DNA of 62,367 bases, from positions 1 through 62,367 of the forward strand of contig JACQVH010000053.1 in NCBI GenBank assembly GCA_016209895.1. The letters run 5' to 3'. The notes under the pieces were generated by a model that had not been told where the DNA came from, searched no databases, and saw nothing but the letters and a program-made list of their open reading frames with translations. Within the stretch, counting starts at the first letter, position 1, and every line of letters begins with the position of its first letter. The position numbers and the translations under genes were made by a program. Of the stretch, positions 1 through 8,446 are shown one piece after another. The DNA is from Candidatus Hydrogenedentota bacterium. GTDB taxonomy: Bacteria; Hydrogenedentota; Hydrogenedentia; Hydrogenedentales; SLHB01.

Positions 1-49
1 ATTCTGAGGTGAGCACATTTTCAATTGACATGGTATGGATTCCTTTGCG

Positions 50-140
50 GGGTTCAGGGTTCAGGGTTCGGGGGCGCTTCGCTTGCGGTGGTCTCGGTAT
101 CCGTGTAAATCCCCCGCATCCGTCTAATCCGTGTTCCATT
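50..140. repeat. Short tandem repeats: 3x GGGTTCR heptamer (50-70) and about 4x 9-mer of the (A)ATCCGTNN type (about 99-135)
   Basis: gggttca gggttca gggttcg; atccgtgta aatcccccg catccgtct aatccgtgt. Confidence 0.7.
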
Positions 141-162
141 CAATGCGACGTCATTCCGCCCG

Positions 163-684
163 TTACAGGAAGTTGCGCGCGTCAACGATGTATCCGTTGG
201 TGGCATCGTCCGTATCCTTGATCGAGGTCATGCCTGGCCGCAGGTAGAGCTGGCCCAGGGCGACACAGTTGCTATCCGGATCGGGAGCGGTTGGACTGGC
301 GGCCTCGGTCCCGGTTTTGACCGCTACGTCCCAGGCGTCCAGCCGAGCCTGCACCAAGTCTATGCGCGGATTAGTTGTGGGCGGAGTCACGGCGGTAGTC
401 GCCGTGGCCGCGCCCAACTTGTACGGGAACTGCGAAATGAACGCGTATCCGGGCTTGACCTGAACGGTCAGTCCGGGCGGAGAAGTCGCGGTGACCTTCA
501 GATCGTCGCTGGTGGCATGGCGCACCACGCCATCGCCGCCGCCCCAAGCGAGGCTCAGCAGAAAGTGGATCAGTTCGAGCGCCGCCTCGATCCGGTCGTC
601 CCACGTATTCAGTTTAGACGAGGCGACCGGGCGTTCCGCGTAGTTCCAAGTAGTTTTTGTGTAAGCCTTGCCTAAGATTGCCAT
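163..684 (-). CDS. Phage tail-tip/fibre-base-like protein (173 aa)
   Basis: ATG at 684 with a GGAGG SD. N-terminus YTKTTW..P..SSKLN.WDD.IE and motifs GLTVQVKPGYAF, PRIDLV, G..A..P.AP, LGQLYL resemble siphovirus fibre/baseplate attachment domains. Last gene after Dit and hub. Confidence 0.6.
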   Translation of the reverse strand: MAILGKAYTKTTWNYAERPVASSKLNTWDDRIEAALELIHFLLSLAWGGGDGVVRHATSDDLKVTATSPPGLTVQVKPGYAFISQFPYKLGAATATTAVTPPTTNPRIDLVQARLDAWDVAVKTGTEAASPTAPDPDSNCVALGQLYLRPGMTSIKDTDDATNGYIVDARNFL

Positions 685-724
685 GTTGTCCTCCAAGATG
701 CGGCGATGTTCGCAAAATTTGTGA

Positions 725-2464
725 TCAATCGAGATGGAACTGCAGGTCCAGTCCGACGACCGTGTCATCGAGTCGGAATTGGAAGAAGGTTTCGGGGTCG
801 GGTTGGCTGCGCGTCATGGAATCAATAGGATTCTGCACCGAGCGCAACGGCGACGTGAGTTGTACAGTCGTAACCGCGTGTTTGCCTTCAAACCGGTGCG
901 TAACTTCGCGAACCCGACCCACCAACCTTCCGCGAAAACGGTCATCCCACTCCCCGTCTACTTCCGGCTCGAGCCGGCGTAGCGGGCCGCCGCGCAGTTC
1001 AACGATATCCCCCACCTGCACGGCGCCGTGTCCACGAAAACATACGACGGCGCCGCTCGGTTCCGGGTAGGCCAAGTCCTTCAAAAGTCCTTCAATAAGT
1101 TGGTCGGCATCCAGTTCCGACGAAATCGAGTAAAGCACGAGGTCTCGCGCCCGCTCGCCGTACGTTGCAAGACTCTCTGCAGACTGATACGTCTTCTTGA
1201 CCGCGGCTTCGAGCGGATTCCCTTCGAAATAGATAGTATTGGCGACTTGGGTGGAATCAGAACCGAGCGTCACGCCCATCGCGACCGGGTTGAAGAACCA
1301 GACGTGGTCCGGTTGTTCGGCGCGCCGAAAGCTGACGGCAAGACGCGGGTCCACCGACCAGATGAATCCGTCCGCGGCATAGGCGAGCGCGGTGAGAATT
1401 TCGTACAGACCCGCCGACACATCCAATGCGTTCATTACCACGTCGGTGGCTTCGATCGAATCGTCTTGGGCGCTCGAATAGGAGAGGTAATCCTTCAATT
1501 CCATCTCCGGGACGAGGTAGCGCCCGTCCTCATAAAGGTAAACGTCCGCGTGGCCCAACTCGACCATCGCAGCGTTCAGGCATTTGTCGTCGCCATAGAC
1601 CAGGCCGACGTAGCGCCCGTAGGCGTCCACCCGATTATCGAACTCGCCCACAGAATCCCGGTGTGGGTTCAGTTCGATAAAGTCGATCCCTTCGGAATCC
1701 AGCAACCCTTGAAGCGCGGCCTTTGCTTCGTCGGCGCGCAGCTTATATCCGCTACGCGAGTATTGCGCTTCGGTCCAAGACTCGATCTCCGGGTGGCGAG
1801 TGATAGCATGGGAATTTCGGGAGGTCTCTTCGCAATCAATCATCATTAGACGGAAGTCGGGCCAAGGTTGTCCGTCAATCACCAGGCCTCCAATCGTATC
1901 ACCGTCAATGGCGTAGGCGGCGGAAGCGTCAATCCGCGTTCCCCCCACCCATTGCCCGGCGGAAATACCGCCCACTTCGAGTTCGTTCTCGGCAGTCTTT
2001 CGGGTGAGAAACTTCTGATACTCGCGGGTTGCTCCGTCCGGATACGCCTCGTGTGCGACTCGATAATGCGCCGGACCCAAGGCGGAATTAGTAGCGTGTT
2101 TGACGATCGCGCTGATTTCGGCGTCGCGATAGGCTTGCACTACGGACCTGCTGCCGTCGCGGGGTGGGCGCCCGGCTTCGAACGTCACCACTTCATGAAA
2201 ATGGACGTAGCGGTCGAGGATAAGTTTCCGGGCATCGCTCCATTGCGGGGCCAAACGAGTCACTTTCGCCTCGCAAAACAACGCGCCATTGACCAGCACG
2301 CGAACTCGGTAGGCGGGACCGAGACTGGCAATGGTTCCCGGCAGTATCCCGCGAATCGAGTCGGCCTGGTCGGGTGTGGCGCGTGTAACCTCCAGAAGCG
2401 GCGTCTCGTCAAAATGAGCAATGCGCCGGCCCCAAGTGTCGTACACCTCGATGCGATAATTCAT
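725..2464 (-). CDS. Phage tail hub / Tal-like baseplate protein (about 579 aa)
   Basis: Follows Dit (ATG 2464, 2 nt after the Dit stop; alternative start 2473). C-terminal pattern N.IY..G...S...YG.....I.....A......L...GD.V....V.EV.H is typical of phage hub proteins. Confidence 0.7.
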   Translation of the reverse strand: MNYRIEVYDTWGRRIAHFDETPLLEVTRATPDQADSIRGILPGTIASLGPAYRVRVLVNGALFCEAKVTRLAPQWSDARKLILDRYVHFHEVVTFEAGRPPRDGSRSVVQAYRDAEISAIVKHATNSALGPAHYRVAHEAYPDGATREYQKFLTRKTAENELEVGGISAGQWVGGTRIDASAAYAIDGDTIGGLVIDGQPWPDFRLMMIDCEETSRNSHAITRHPEIESWTEAQYSRSGYKLRADEAKAALQGLLDSEGIDFIELNPHRDSVGEFDNRVDAYGRYVGLVYGDDKCLNAAMVELGHADVYLYEDGRYLVPEMELKDYLSYSSAQDDSIEATDVVMNALDVSAGLYEILTALAYAADGFIWSVDPRLAVSFRRAEQPDHVWFFNPVAMGVTLGSDSTQVANTIYFEGNPLEAAVKKTYQSAESLATYGERARDLVLYSISSELDADQLIEGLLKDLAYPEPSGAVVCFRGHGAVQVGDIVELRGGPLRRLEPEVDGEWDDRFRGRLVGRVREVTHRFEGKHAVTTVQLTSPLRSVQNPIDSMTRSQPDPETFFQFRLDDTVVGLDLQFHLD

Positions 2465-2466
2465 GC

Positions 2467-3153
2467 TCACCACCAGCGGTCGTGAAAGGCTACCGTGACG
2501 CTCGCCGTGTGCGAACTCGCCGCGTCATCCGTGTAGATGAGCGTTGTGCCATCCGGCGCGATTTCGGGAAAGCTCCCCCGGGAATACGGCGTCACGTCGT
2601 CGCCGTCGAGTCGGACTTCCCCCAATGCGCCGTCGAAGACCAAGGTCGCGCCATCGGCCACGATGCCCGAATAACCGATGAGATGGACCCCGTCGCTGAA
2701 ACTGGGATTGACGATTTCCCCGGCGGCCACCAGCGTGATTACGGGACCGGTTGTCGCATTCCCGCCGGACGAGAAGGCGCGAGTTGCGCCCGAGGCCGTG
2801 ATACTCCACACGACGCTTGTAGCTTGTGCGGATTCCTCGAAGGGGTCCTTCGCCAGCAGGCGCAGTTCGAACGAACCCACCAAGGCGGCAGCGGAGACCT
2901 CGCGCGTGAACGCGTCGCGGCGCACCCAAAGACGTCGCCCGGCCCGCAGGGAAAGTTCGGCGGAAAAGTCTTCCTTCGAGGCGGCGTCGAGAATGGCATC
3001 CAGTTCCGCCTCGATGGCCGCCACCGTCGTTTTGCCGAGAACGAGTCCTTCGATTTCGATTCGACGCGCGTCCCGGCCCCCGACCTCCTCGTGTTTTTCG
3101 CGGACCGTGGTATTGGCGTCGTCAAACGTATAGTCGCTGAGCGTGATGGGCAC
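2467..3153 (-). CDS. Distal tail protein (Dit / siphovirus tail family)
   Basis: LLAKDPF motif, GPVITL, LVFDG...V.LDG, GSFPEIAPDGTTLIY match the Dit-type tail family; position fits. Confidence 0.75.
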   Translation of the reverse strand: MPITLSDYTFDDANTTVREKHEEVGGRDARRIEIEGLVLGKTTVAAIEAELDAILDAASKEDFSAELSLRAGRRLWVRRDAFTREVSAAALVGSFELRLLAKDPFEESAQATSVVWSITASGATRAFSSGGNATTGPVITLVAAGEIVNPSFSDGVHLIGYSGIVADGATLVFDGALGEVRLDGDDVTPYSRGSFPEIAPDGTTLIYTDDAASSHTASVTVAFHDRWW

Positions 3154-3155
3154 GG

Positions 3156-3566
3156 TTAGTCTTCTCCGAGTATGGGCTGGCTATCGGTGGCGGAGGCGAT
3201 CGTGTGCGGCGGCACTTCAAGCAGGTAGGGTTCGAGCAGGTACCAGGCCTGCTTTTCGACCAGCGCTGCCACGCTCATCAGCGCGGCAAACCGGCTGCCC
3301 TCTTCGAGACGCTGACTTCCGATGGAGACGCGTTTCTGCTCGGCGGCGTCTTTCCCCGCGATTGACCGGAAGAGGTGCGCTGTCGCCAAGAGCGTCTCCC
3401 CGACCACAATCGCATCTTCCGGCGGGTCCGCGTTGTAGAGCGGGTCCAGGAAACGGAGCAACTCGGTATGAGCGTCCGTAATGCTGGCGTTCACCAGGAC
3501 CGAAGGGACAAGGGTCGTATCGTTCAACTGAAACTTGTCGCGGACGTTTTGTTCCGTCGTAAACAT
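3156..3566 (-). CDS. Head-tail connector/adaptor protein (136 aa)
   Basis: Small, predicted alpha-helical ORF directly downstream of the MCP, with GGAG SD; ends with LLEPY, typical of adaptors. Confidence 0.6.
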   Translation of the reverse strand: MFTTEQNVRDKFQLNDTTLVPSVLVNASITDAHTELLRFLDPLYNADPPEDAIVVGETLLATAHLFRSIAGKDAAEQKRVSIGSQRLEEGSRFAALMSVAALVEKQAWYLLEPYLLEVPPHTIASATDSQPILGED

Positions 3567-3728
3567 CTCGTATCTCCAATTTCCCGGTCATCCGCTCTGG
3601 GCGGGCTCGGGTCTCGAGGATGGGTATGGAACCCAAACCCGAGACCCGAGCGGGGGAGGGGGAAGGATCTTAGCTTCGGTTCTCAGATCGGGAGCATTTC
3701 TCTGAAAACCCAAGCCGGGTCGAAAGAA

Positions 3729-4778
3729 TCAGGTCCAATCGCTTTGAACCACGAGACGCGCCTTCTCGTAGATGATGGCGAAGTCCGTCACCACCGTCAG
3801 ATAGGTGCGGTCCCACTGTTGGTTGATGAGTTTGTCGCTCTCGACCAGCAAGTCCTGCTCGGTGAGCTTCTGCGCCGCATAGCCCGCGTCAAGGATCGTG
3901 AGCTTGTTGGCGGGCTGGTCCACCATCGGGGTCAGGCGCACGCCAAGCGGTGTCGGCAGGTTTCCGGTCTTCGCGAAATCGAACAACGCCGCTTCCTTGA
4001 ACTCATCGAGGTTCAGGATAGTTTGACAGAGGTCCGAATTCGCGAGCAGGTGCGTGGGCGTGAAATAGTGTTCCAGCGTGAGCTTCATGAAGCCTTTGAC
4101 GATGTCGCTGTAGGTCCACGTCCCGGCCGTCGCGGTATTCACCGTGACCGGGGCCGTGCCGCTGCCCGACGAGTCGCCGGAGACCAGGATCAAGGCCAAC
4201 CGCGCGTCGAGGCTGCGGCCCAGGCGCTCGCCGATGCGCTGTAAATGCACGCGCAACATGTCCACCGACATCCGGCGGATCACTTCGTACGACGCGAGCA
4301 CGCCCCGGCCTTTTTTGTCCAACCGGACAATCCGGTCGCCGTAGGTGATCGCCGATTCGGGGATTGCCGCGCCCTCGGCCACACCGCGCAATTCTTCTTC
4401 GTCCGCCGACTCCTGGACGTAGGGAACGTCGTACGCCGTGCCGTCAATGGATTCGTCGCGGATGATCAGTTCCGGATACACCGGTTTCCGTTTCAGCCCG
4501 GCCAACACGGCTTCGCGAACGATGTCCGGGAACAGCCACTTGGTGTTCGGGTCGGTCTGGAAGAAACGGTCCACGGTGATCTTATGGACATCAATGCCGA
4601 ACTCCTGCGCGCAGTAGTCCTCGACGTTGGTCCCGAGGGCGCGGAAAAACTGGAAGTGGCTCAAGCCGAGCGTTTCCAGTGAATCATACAGGACCCGCCC
4701 GCGAATCTGTTGGAGCCGGTCCGCGGTTTGACTCAGGAACGCGATGCGTTCCTTCACTTTCTCGTTGTAGTACGCCAT
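3729..4778 (-). CDS. Major capsid protein, HK97 fold (349 aa)
   Basis: LFPDIVREAV..G, VAEGAAIPESAITYG....RLDKKGRGVLASYEVIRRMSVDML..HLQRIG..LG..LD pattern (E-loop and spine helix); follows the protease and cement genes. Confidence 0.9.
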   Translation of the reverse strand: MAYYNEKVKERIAFLSQTADRLQQIRGRVLYDSLETLGLSHFQFFRALGTNVEDYCAQEFGIDVHKITVDRFFQTDPNTKWLFPDIVREAVLAGLKRKPVYPELIIRDESIDGTAYDVPYVQESADEEELRGVAEGAAIPESAITYGDRIVRLDKKGRGVLASYEVIRRMSVDMLRVHLQRIGERLGRSLDARLALILVSGDSSGSGTAPVTVNTATAGTWTYSDIVKGFMKLTLEHYFTPTHLLANSDLCQTILNLDEFKEAALFDFAKTGNLPTPLGVRLTPMVDQPANKLTILDAGYAAQKLTEQDLLVESDKLINQQWDRTYLTVVTDFAIIYEKARLVVQSDWT

Positions 4779-4791
4779 ACCTTTTCCCTTC

Positions 4792-5172
4792 TTACAGCAG
4801 CACGTGCACTTGGCTGGCTGCGGTATCCACTTTCACGTTGATGCCCCGGCCATTACCCGAAGCCGGCGCTTTGACTTTGCCGTTGGTGGCCGAGGCGACG
4901 ATGCCCTGCGTGCCGTTCACGGCCGGCGCGCTGTCCGTGTACCCGAAGATGCACACGCCGCGAACTTTCACGGGGATTGCCGCGCCATTCTGGTCCGAAT
5001 TCGCCAAGGCCTGGCCGAACACCACGTCCTCGGCGTCGGTGTCGTTGTTCACGATGTACGCGCCGCTCAGCTTGAGCGCGTCGCCGCGCGCAACGTTAAC
5101 CGTCCCGGACGCCGGCAACTGACAAGTGATCACCAGTTCGGTGACGGTGCCTCCGATATCTCCAAAAGCCAT
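4792..5172 (-). CDS. Capsid cement/decoration protein (DUF2190-like, 126 aa)
   Basis: Gly/Ala/Val-rich beta protein (GDALKL, VFGQAL, IPVKVRGV) immediately upstream of the MCP; AAGGAG SD. Confidence 0.7.
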   Translation of the reverse strand: MAFGDIGGTVTELVITCQLPASGTVNVARGDALKLSGAYIVNNDTDAEDVVFGQALANSDQNGAAIPVKVRGVCIFGYTDSAPAVNGTQGIVASATNGKVKAPASGNGRGINVKVDTAASQVHVLL

Positions 5173-5190
5173 GATGGTTTCTCCTTAGTT

Positions 5191-5324
5191 AGTGGTCAGT
5201 GACCAGTGGCCAGTGACCAGGTACTCGTTGCTCATTGCTCATTGCTCATTGCTCATTGCTCGTTGCTCATTGCTCGTTGCTCATTGCTTATTGCTCATTG
5301 CTCATTGCTCGTTGCTCATTGCTT
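5191..5324. repeat. Heptamer tandem array: 4x AGTGRYC, 1x GGTACTC, 14x RTTGCTY
   Basis: Read directly: agtggtc agtgacc agtggcc agtgacc a ggtactc, then (a/g)ttgct(c/t) x14 from 5227 to 5324. Confidence 0.95.
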
Positions 5325-6024
5325 ATTTCTCGCGCAGGATGGCGAAGGCGTCAGCGGCGCGCCCATCGTGGGCCGTGTCCGGCAGAGGTTCGGGACGCGA
5401 TTGCGGACTGGGCGGATACTTGCCGTCGAAGCGCACTTCGAATGCCCGCAATTGGACATGGATTTCCTCGAGGCTCAGCGAATTCAGCGCCTTGCGCCAG
5501 GTCGCCTCGTCAAACGTCATGCCATCCAGTTCCCGGCCCAGACCACAGAGCCGTTCGATCGAGCGCCGGCGCGCGGTCACACCGTCGGCGATGAGACGCG
5601 CCGCGTCTTCGGCCGACGCCTTGAGTTCCTTAAGCGTGTCTCGAATCTCCCGAATACGCTGAATCGGGAGACCCTCGACGCGTTCAACACACAAGCGGCG
5701 CGCGCCGGCGCGGCCCCGAAGCAACACGACGAATCGAGTGGGCGACTTCTCGAGCCAGGTGTAAACACCGGAGTCTTCGCGCACCGCGTCGCCATCCTGG
5801 TCCAGCCAGTGCAAGCCATGCGGAGCCTTCTCCGTAGCCCACGGCCCGTTCTCGAGAGACGATGCGTCCACACGCCATCCCTGCAGATAACCGGCCCGTT
5901 CGAGACGAATGTCCAGGTGCGGCCCGGCCGCGTCGTGATGACGCTGAATTACAAAGCGGCCGTCCGGCTGTCCTTCGGCCACAGATTCGCTCGCGTCAGT
6001 TTCCGATGTGATCTTCCAAAACAT
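5323..6024 (-). CDS. LigD 3'-phosphoesterase-like domain fused to a helical/coiled-coil C-terminus (233 aa), in the scaffold-gene position
   Basis: GRFVIQRHHDAAGPHLDIRLE..GYLQGWRV...ATEKAPH...DSGVY aligns by eye with the PE-domain pattern RFVVQ.H.A..LH.D.RLE.DGVL.SWAV...EDH...WD.G.Y. Confidence 0.65.
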   Translation of the reverse strand: MFWKITSETDASESVAEGQPDGRFVIQRHHDAAGPHLDIRLERAGYLQGWRVDASSLENGPWATEKAPHGLHWLDQDGDAVREDSGVYTWLEKSPTRFVVLLRGRAGARRLCVERVEGLPIQRIREIRDTLKELKASAEDAARLIADGVTARRRSIERLCGLGRELDGMTFDEATWRKALNSLSLEEIHVQLRAFEVRFDGKYPPSPQSRPEPLPDTAHDGRAADAFAILREK

Positions 6025-6035
6025 GTCGTTTTCCT

Positions 6036-6230
6036 TTACGTCTTAAGCAACTGCTGCGCCAGACTCATCACTACCCCCGCCAAATTGGCGACGAGCAGGA
6101 CCACACCCCGCGCCAGCGTAGACTCGAGACTCCGAACGCGCTGCTTCAACTCCTCGATGTCGCCGCTCAAATGCCGAAACTGAATCTCATGAACCAATTC
6201 ATATGGACAATTGCTACGCAAGCGTCTCAT
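6036..6230 (-). CDS. Small coiled-coil plus single-TM protein (64 aa), holin/XhlA-like
   Basis: ATG 6230 with a GGGGA SD; heptad segment IEELKQRVRSLE followed by hydrophobic GVVLLVANLAGVVMSL. Confidence 0.55.
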   Translation of the reverse strand: MRRLRSNCPYELVHEIQFRHLSGDIEELKQRVRSLESTLARGVVLLVANLAGVVMSLAQQLLKT

Positions 6231-6285
6231 GCCATCAATCCCCAATCAGCTTTTCCCAAACTCGTCACTCATTGCTCATTGCTTC

Positions 6286-6975
6286 TTACTCTTCCGCCCA
6301 CCACCGTTTCGACCACACTTCAACCGGCCGGTGATACTCGCTTCGGGCCAGGACCAGCGCCCGGTCCAGCGACAGCGTGCGTTCCTGGGCGATGAAATGC
6401 GTGCCCTGAGAGCCCGCCGGTACGACGGAGCCTTCAATCACTTCCAGGACTCCCCGCATGATGCAGTGACAGGTCGCGTCCGCGTAGGTACGTCCGGGCA
6501 CGTGGTCGCACGTGCGCAGGTCGCGGCTGCAGATGGAACATTCCGGCGTTTGGAACGAGAACCCGATCGAGGTCTCGCGATAGACGCCGCCCTCGATATT
6601 CAAGATGAAATCTTCATTCTCGCGGGTTCGAAGGACGTATACATCCGGTCGCGCGGACACGCGCTCGCCTTCTCGGTGCAATTGACAGCGAAAGAATGTC
6701 CCGCGCGGCAACGACCCGCGCAGATCGTGGCGCTCCATCAATGGCCGACCCGGGACCATCCGGTTGATCTTCTCCAATTCCTCTTCAGGAAATCGGCTGA
6801 AGTGCCGGTCCATTTGGTTGTGGCAAAGGTCAAGGGTAAACACTTCGAACTCTTCGCGCCGCAACGGTCGAAGCGCGAATACGTTGACTTCCTCGACCAC
6901 GGGGTCCGCGTCGTCCCGCGCGCGCATGCCGATCAGCACTCCCTCGTGCCGAAATATGAATGGGTCCAAGTTCAT
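6286..6975 (-). CDS. Prohead (head maturation) protease with Zn-finger insert (229 aa)
   Basis: ATG 6975 with a GAGGAG SD. LCHNQMDRHFSRF, MERH (His), GGVYRETSIGF (Ser), CSIC...C.H.PG..Y....C, IEGSVV (Glu). Confidence 0.85.
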   Translation of the reverse strand: MNLDPFIFRHEGVLIGMRARDDADPVVEEVNVFALRPLRREEFEVFTLDLCHNQMDRHFSRFPEEELEKINRMVPGRPLMERHDLRGSLPRGTFFRCQLHREGERVSARPDVYVLRTRENEDFILNIEGGVYRETSIGFSFQTPECSICSRDLRTCDHVPGRTYADATCHCIMRGVLEVIEGSVVPAGSQGTHFIAQERTLSLDRALVLARSEYHRPVEVWSKRWWAEE

Positions 6976-7056
6976 CTGATTCTTCTCCTCAATTCCTGAA
7001 ATCCGATGATTACCGCTCCGCGTTTCATCCTTCACACTTCATCATTCAGACTTGTC

Positions 7057-8304
7057 TCACCGGCCGATCTCGATTCCCAAGGTCTTCGCCGCCGCCCGCT
7101 GGTCCAGAAACCCTTCGTTGCGCAATTGCACCGCGTTGGCGATCTCCCGGCCCCGGGCCGTGGCTTCCTTCAGCACGTCCACCGTCCGGTTCGCGCGCAT
7201 GTGGACGCGCGCGCGCGCGCTGCCCCACATCAGCGCCAACTCAAAGTTGTACAGGCGTTCGAGGATGCGTTTGACGCTGCGGTTCACGGCTTCCACCTGA
7301 CGGTTGATAATCTCGAACTGCGCCGTGCCATAGGTTTCGGTCGTGCCATAGTTGCGGCCGAGAAGGATCGGCATGAGGTGCATACCCGTGATGATTTGCT
7401 CTTCGATGGCCTTGTGGTTCTCGTAAAATACCTGGGAACGTTGGTCCCCACGGATAAGCTCCACGCTCACGTTATCGTAGGTAACCAAGTTTTGATCCGC
7501 TTCCCGCTTGGTCAATTGGTCCCGGAGTTGCGCGAAATCGCGGTCCTTCCGCTGTGCGTACGCCTCCGCCGATTCACCGCGTTCCTTCGGTTCCGGCGTA
7601 TACTTCGCGTGCAGTTTGGCCCACCCCGCGTTATGCGTCGCTTTGGCCATATCTTCGAGCAGGCGCTGCTGAATCCTCACCACAAACGGGACCGAGCGCA
7701 GCATCGAGCGCCCGTACGGATTGGTGCCGTCCCGATCCAATCCCACGTAGATGAACCGCTCTTTCGGAAGTCGTAGCTCCTTGCCTTCGTGCACCTGGTA
7801 CGGCTGGAGGCCGCCGCCCTCGCGCTTGAATCGCACTGTCCACACGTCCACCGGGACCACGTCGAATATGGACTCCCGGCTCTGCGACAGCACGACCTCG
7901 AGGGCGGCGGCCCCGTAGGTGAAGAGGGAGGTGTAGAAGAGGTCCAGAAGTCCGTCCATGCCGCGGTCGCCGCTGTTCACGCGCGTGTCCAGTTCGCGCA
8001 ACAGCCGCAACGCGCGGTCCCGGGCAATCTCTGAAGAAGGCTCAAGAATCTCGATGTCGTAGCCCGTCTGACATAGACGTTTCCAGGTCCATACTGCATC
8101 CGAAATATCCGGGATGGCATCCCGCAAGAAGCGATAGACTCGAAGCATAAAGAATGGCGTCTCATTCGGGAGGCGCACGAACGCGTCCAAAGAACCTCCA
8201 AGCATGGGGGAATCCTCGGGGCGCGTCACGGTTTGAAACGTCTCCACTCGAACTCCCCGCACTCGGTTTTCCCGCCGTTTACGTTTTCGCCACCACGTCA
8301 TCAT
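7057..8304 (-). CDS. Phage portal protein (about 415 aa)
   Basis: FIYVGLDRDGTNPYGRSMLRS portal-type motif, LFTYGAAALE, I..G..L.P.LLG; first gene of the head module. Confidence 0.85.
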   Translation of the reverse strand: MMTWWRKRKRRENRVRGVRVETFQTVTRPEDSPMLGGSLDAFVRLPNETPFFMLRVYRFLRDAIPDISDAVWTWKRLCQTGYDIEILEPSSEIARDRALRLLRELDTRVNSGDRGMDGLLDLFYTSLFTYGAAALEVVLSQSRESIFDVVPVDVWTVRFKREGGGLQPYQVHEGKELRLPKERFIYVGLDRDGTNPYGRSMLRSVPFVVRIQQRLLEDMAKATHNAGWAKLHAKYTPEPKERGESAEAYAQRKDRDFAQLRDQLTKREADQNLVTYDNVSVELIRGDQRSQVFYENHKAIEEQIITGMHLMPILLGRNYGTTETYGTAQFEIINRQVEAVNRSVKRILERLYNFELALMWGSARARVHMRANRTVDVLKEATARGREIANAVQLRNEGFLDQRAAAKTLGIEIGR

Positions 8305-8446
8305 TCGTCGGCTCTCCCAAGTATCTCTCCATATATATAGCCCCGGCCGTTGCACTCCCCAGTCAAGGCGAGAACGAACGCAACTCTAGGCAGATTCAGG
8401 AGATGGATGCAGTTCGAAGGCCCAAAATGACCCCCTAAATAAATTC

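Larger units (their letters stand above)
163..8304 (-). mobile_element. Phage-derived virion morphogenesis cluster (head module plus tail-tip module); prophage remnant or domesticated GTA-like locus
   Basis: Ten co-oriented, tightly packed ORFs in siphovirus head-to-tail order (portal, protease, cement, MCP, adaptor, Dit, hub). No integrase, terminase, tail tube, tape measure or replication genes seen in the window. The left boundary is uncertain because it is near the window edge. Confidence 0.85.

Noticed and set aside
25-60. TTGACA at 25-30 as a promoter
   Set aside because: No -10 element at 16-18 bp spacing and no plus-strand gene downstream.
3729-4778. Encapsulin nanocompartment interpretation of the HK97-fold gene
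   Set aside because: Portal, prohead protease, adaptor and tail-tip genes flank it; encapsulin loci lack these and carry cargo enzymes.
5191-5324. CRISPR array (also considered for the 24-mer copies at about 25690, 29592 and 29619 and the 27-mers at 12374/12425)
   Set aside because: No unique spacers of regular length, at most two adjacent copies, and no cas genes.
5192-5662. ORFs with LLIAHCS repeats (5192, 5206, 5235) and PTVYSLQ-type ORFs at 25753-26176
   Set aside because: Translations of the heptamer arrays in several frames at once; not genes.
163-8304. Capsid-forming PICI or intact prophage
   Set aside because: No integrase, primase, terminase or repressor in the window, and Dit/hub genes are present, which cf-PICIs lack. 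A remnant cannot be fully excluded because the left edge is close.
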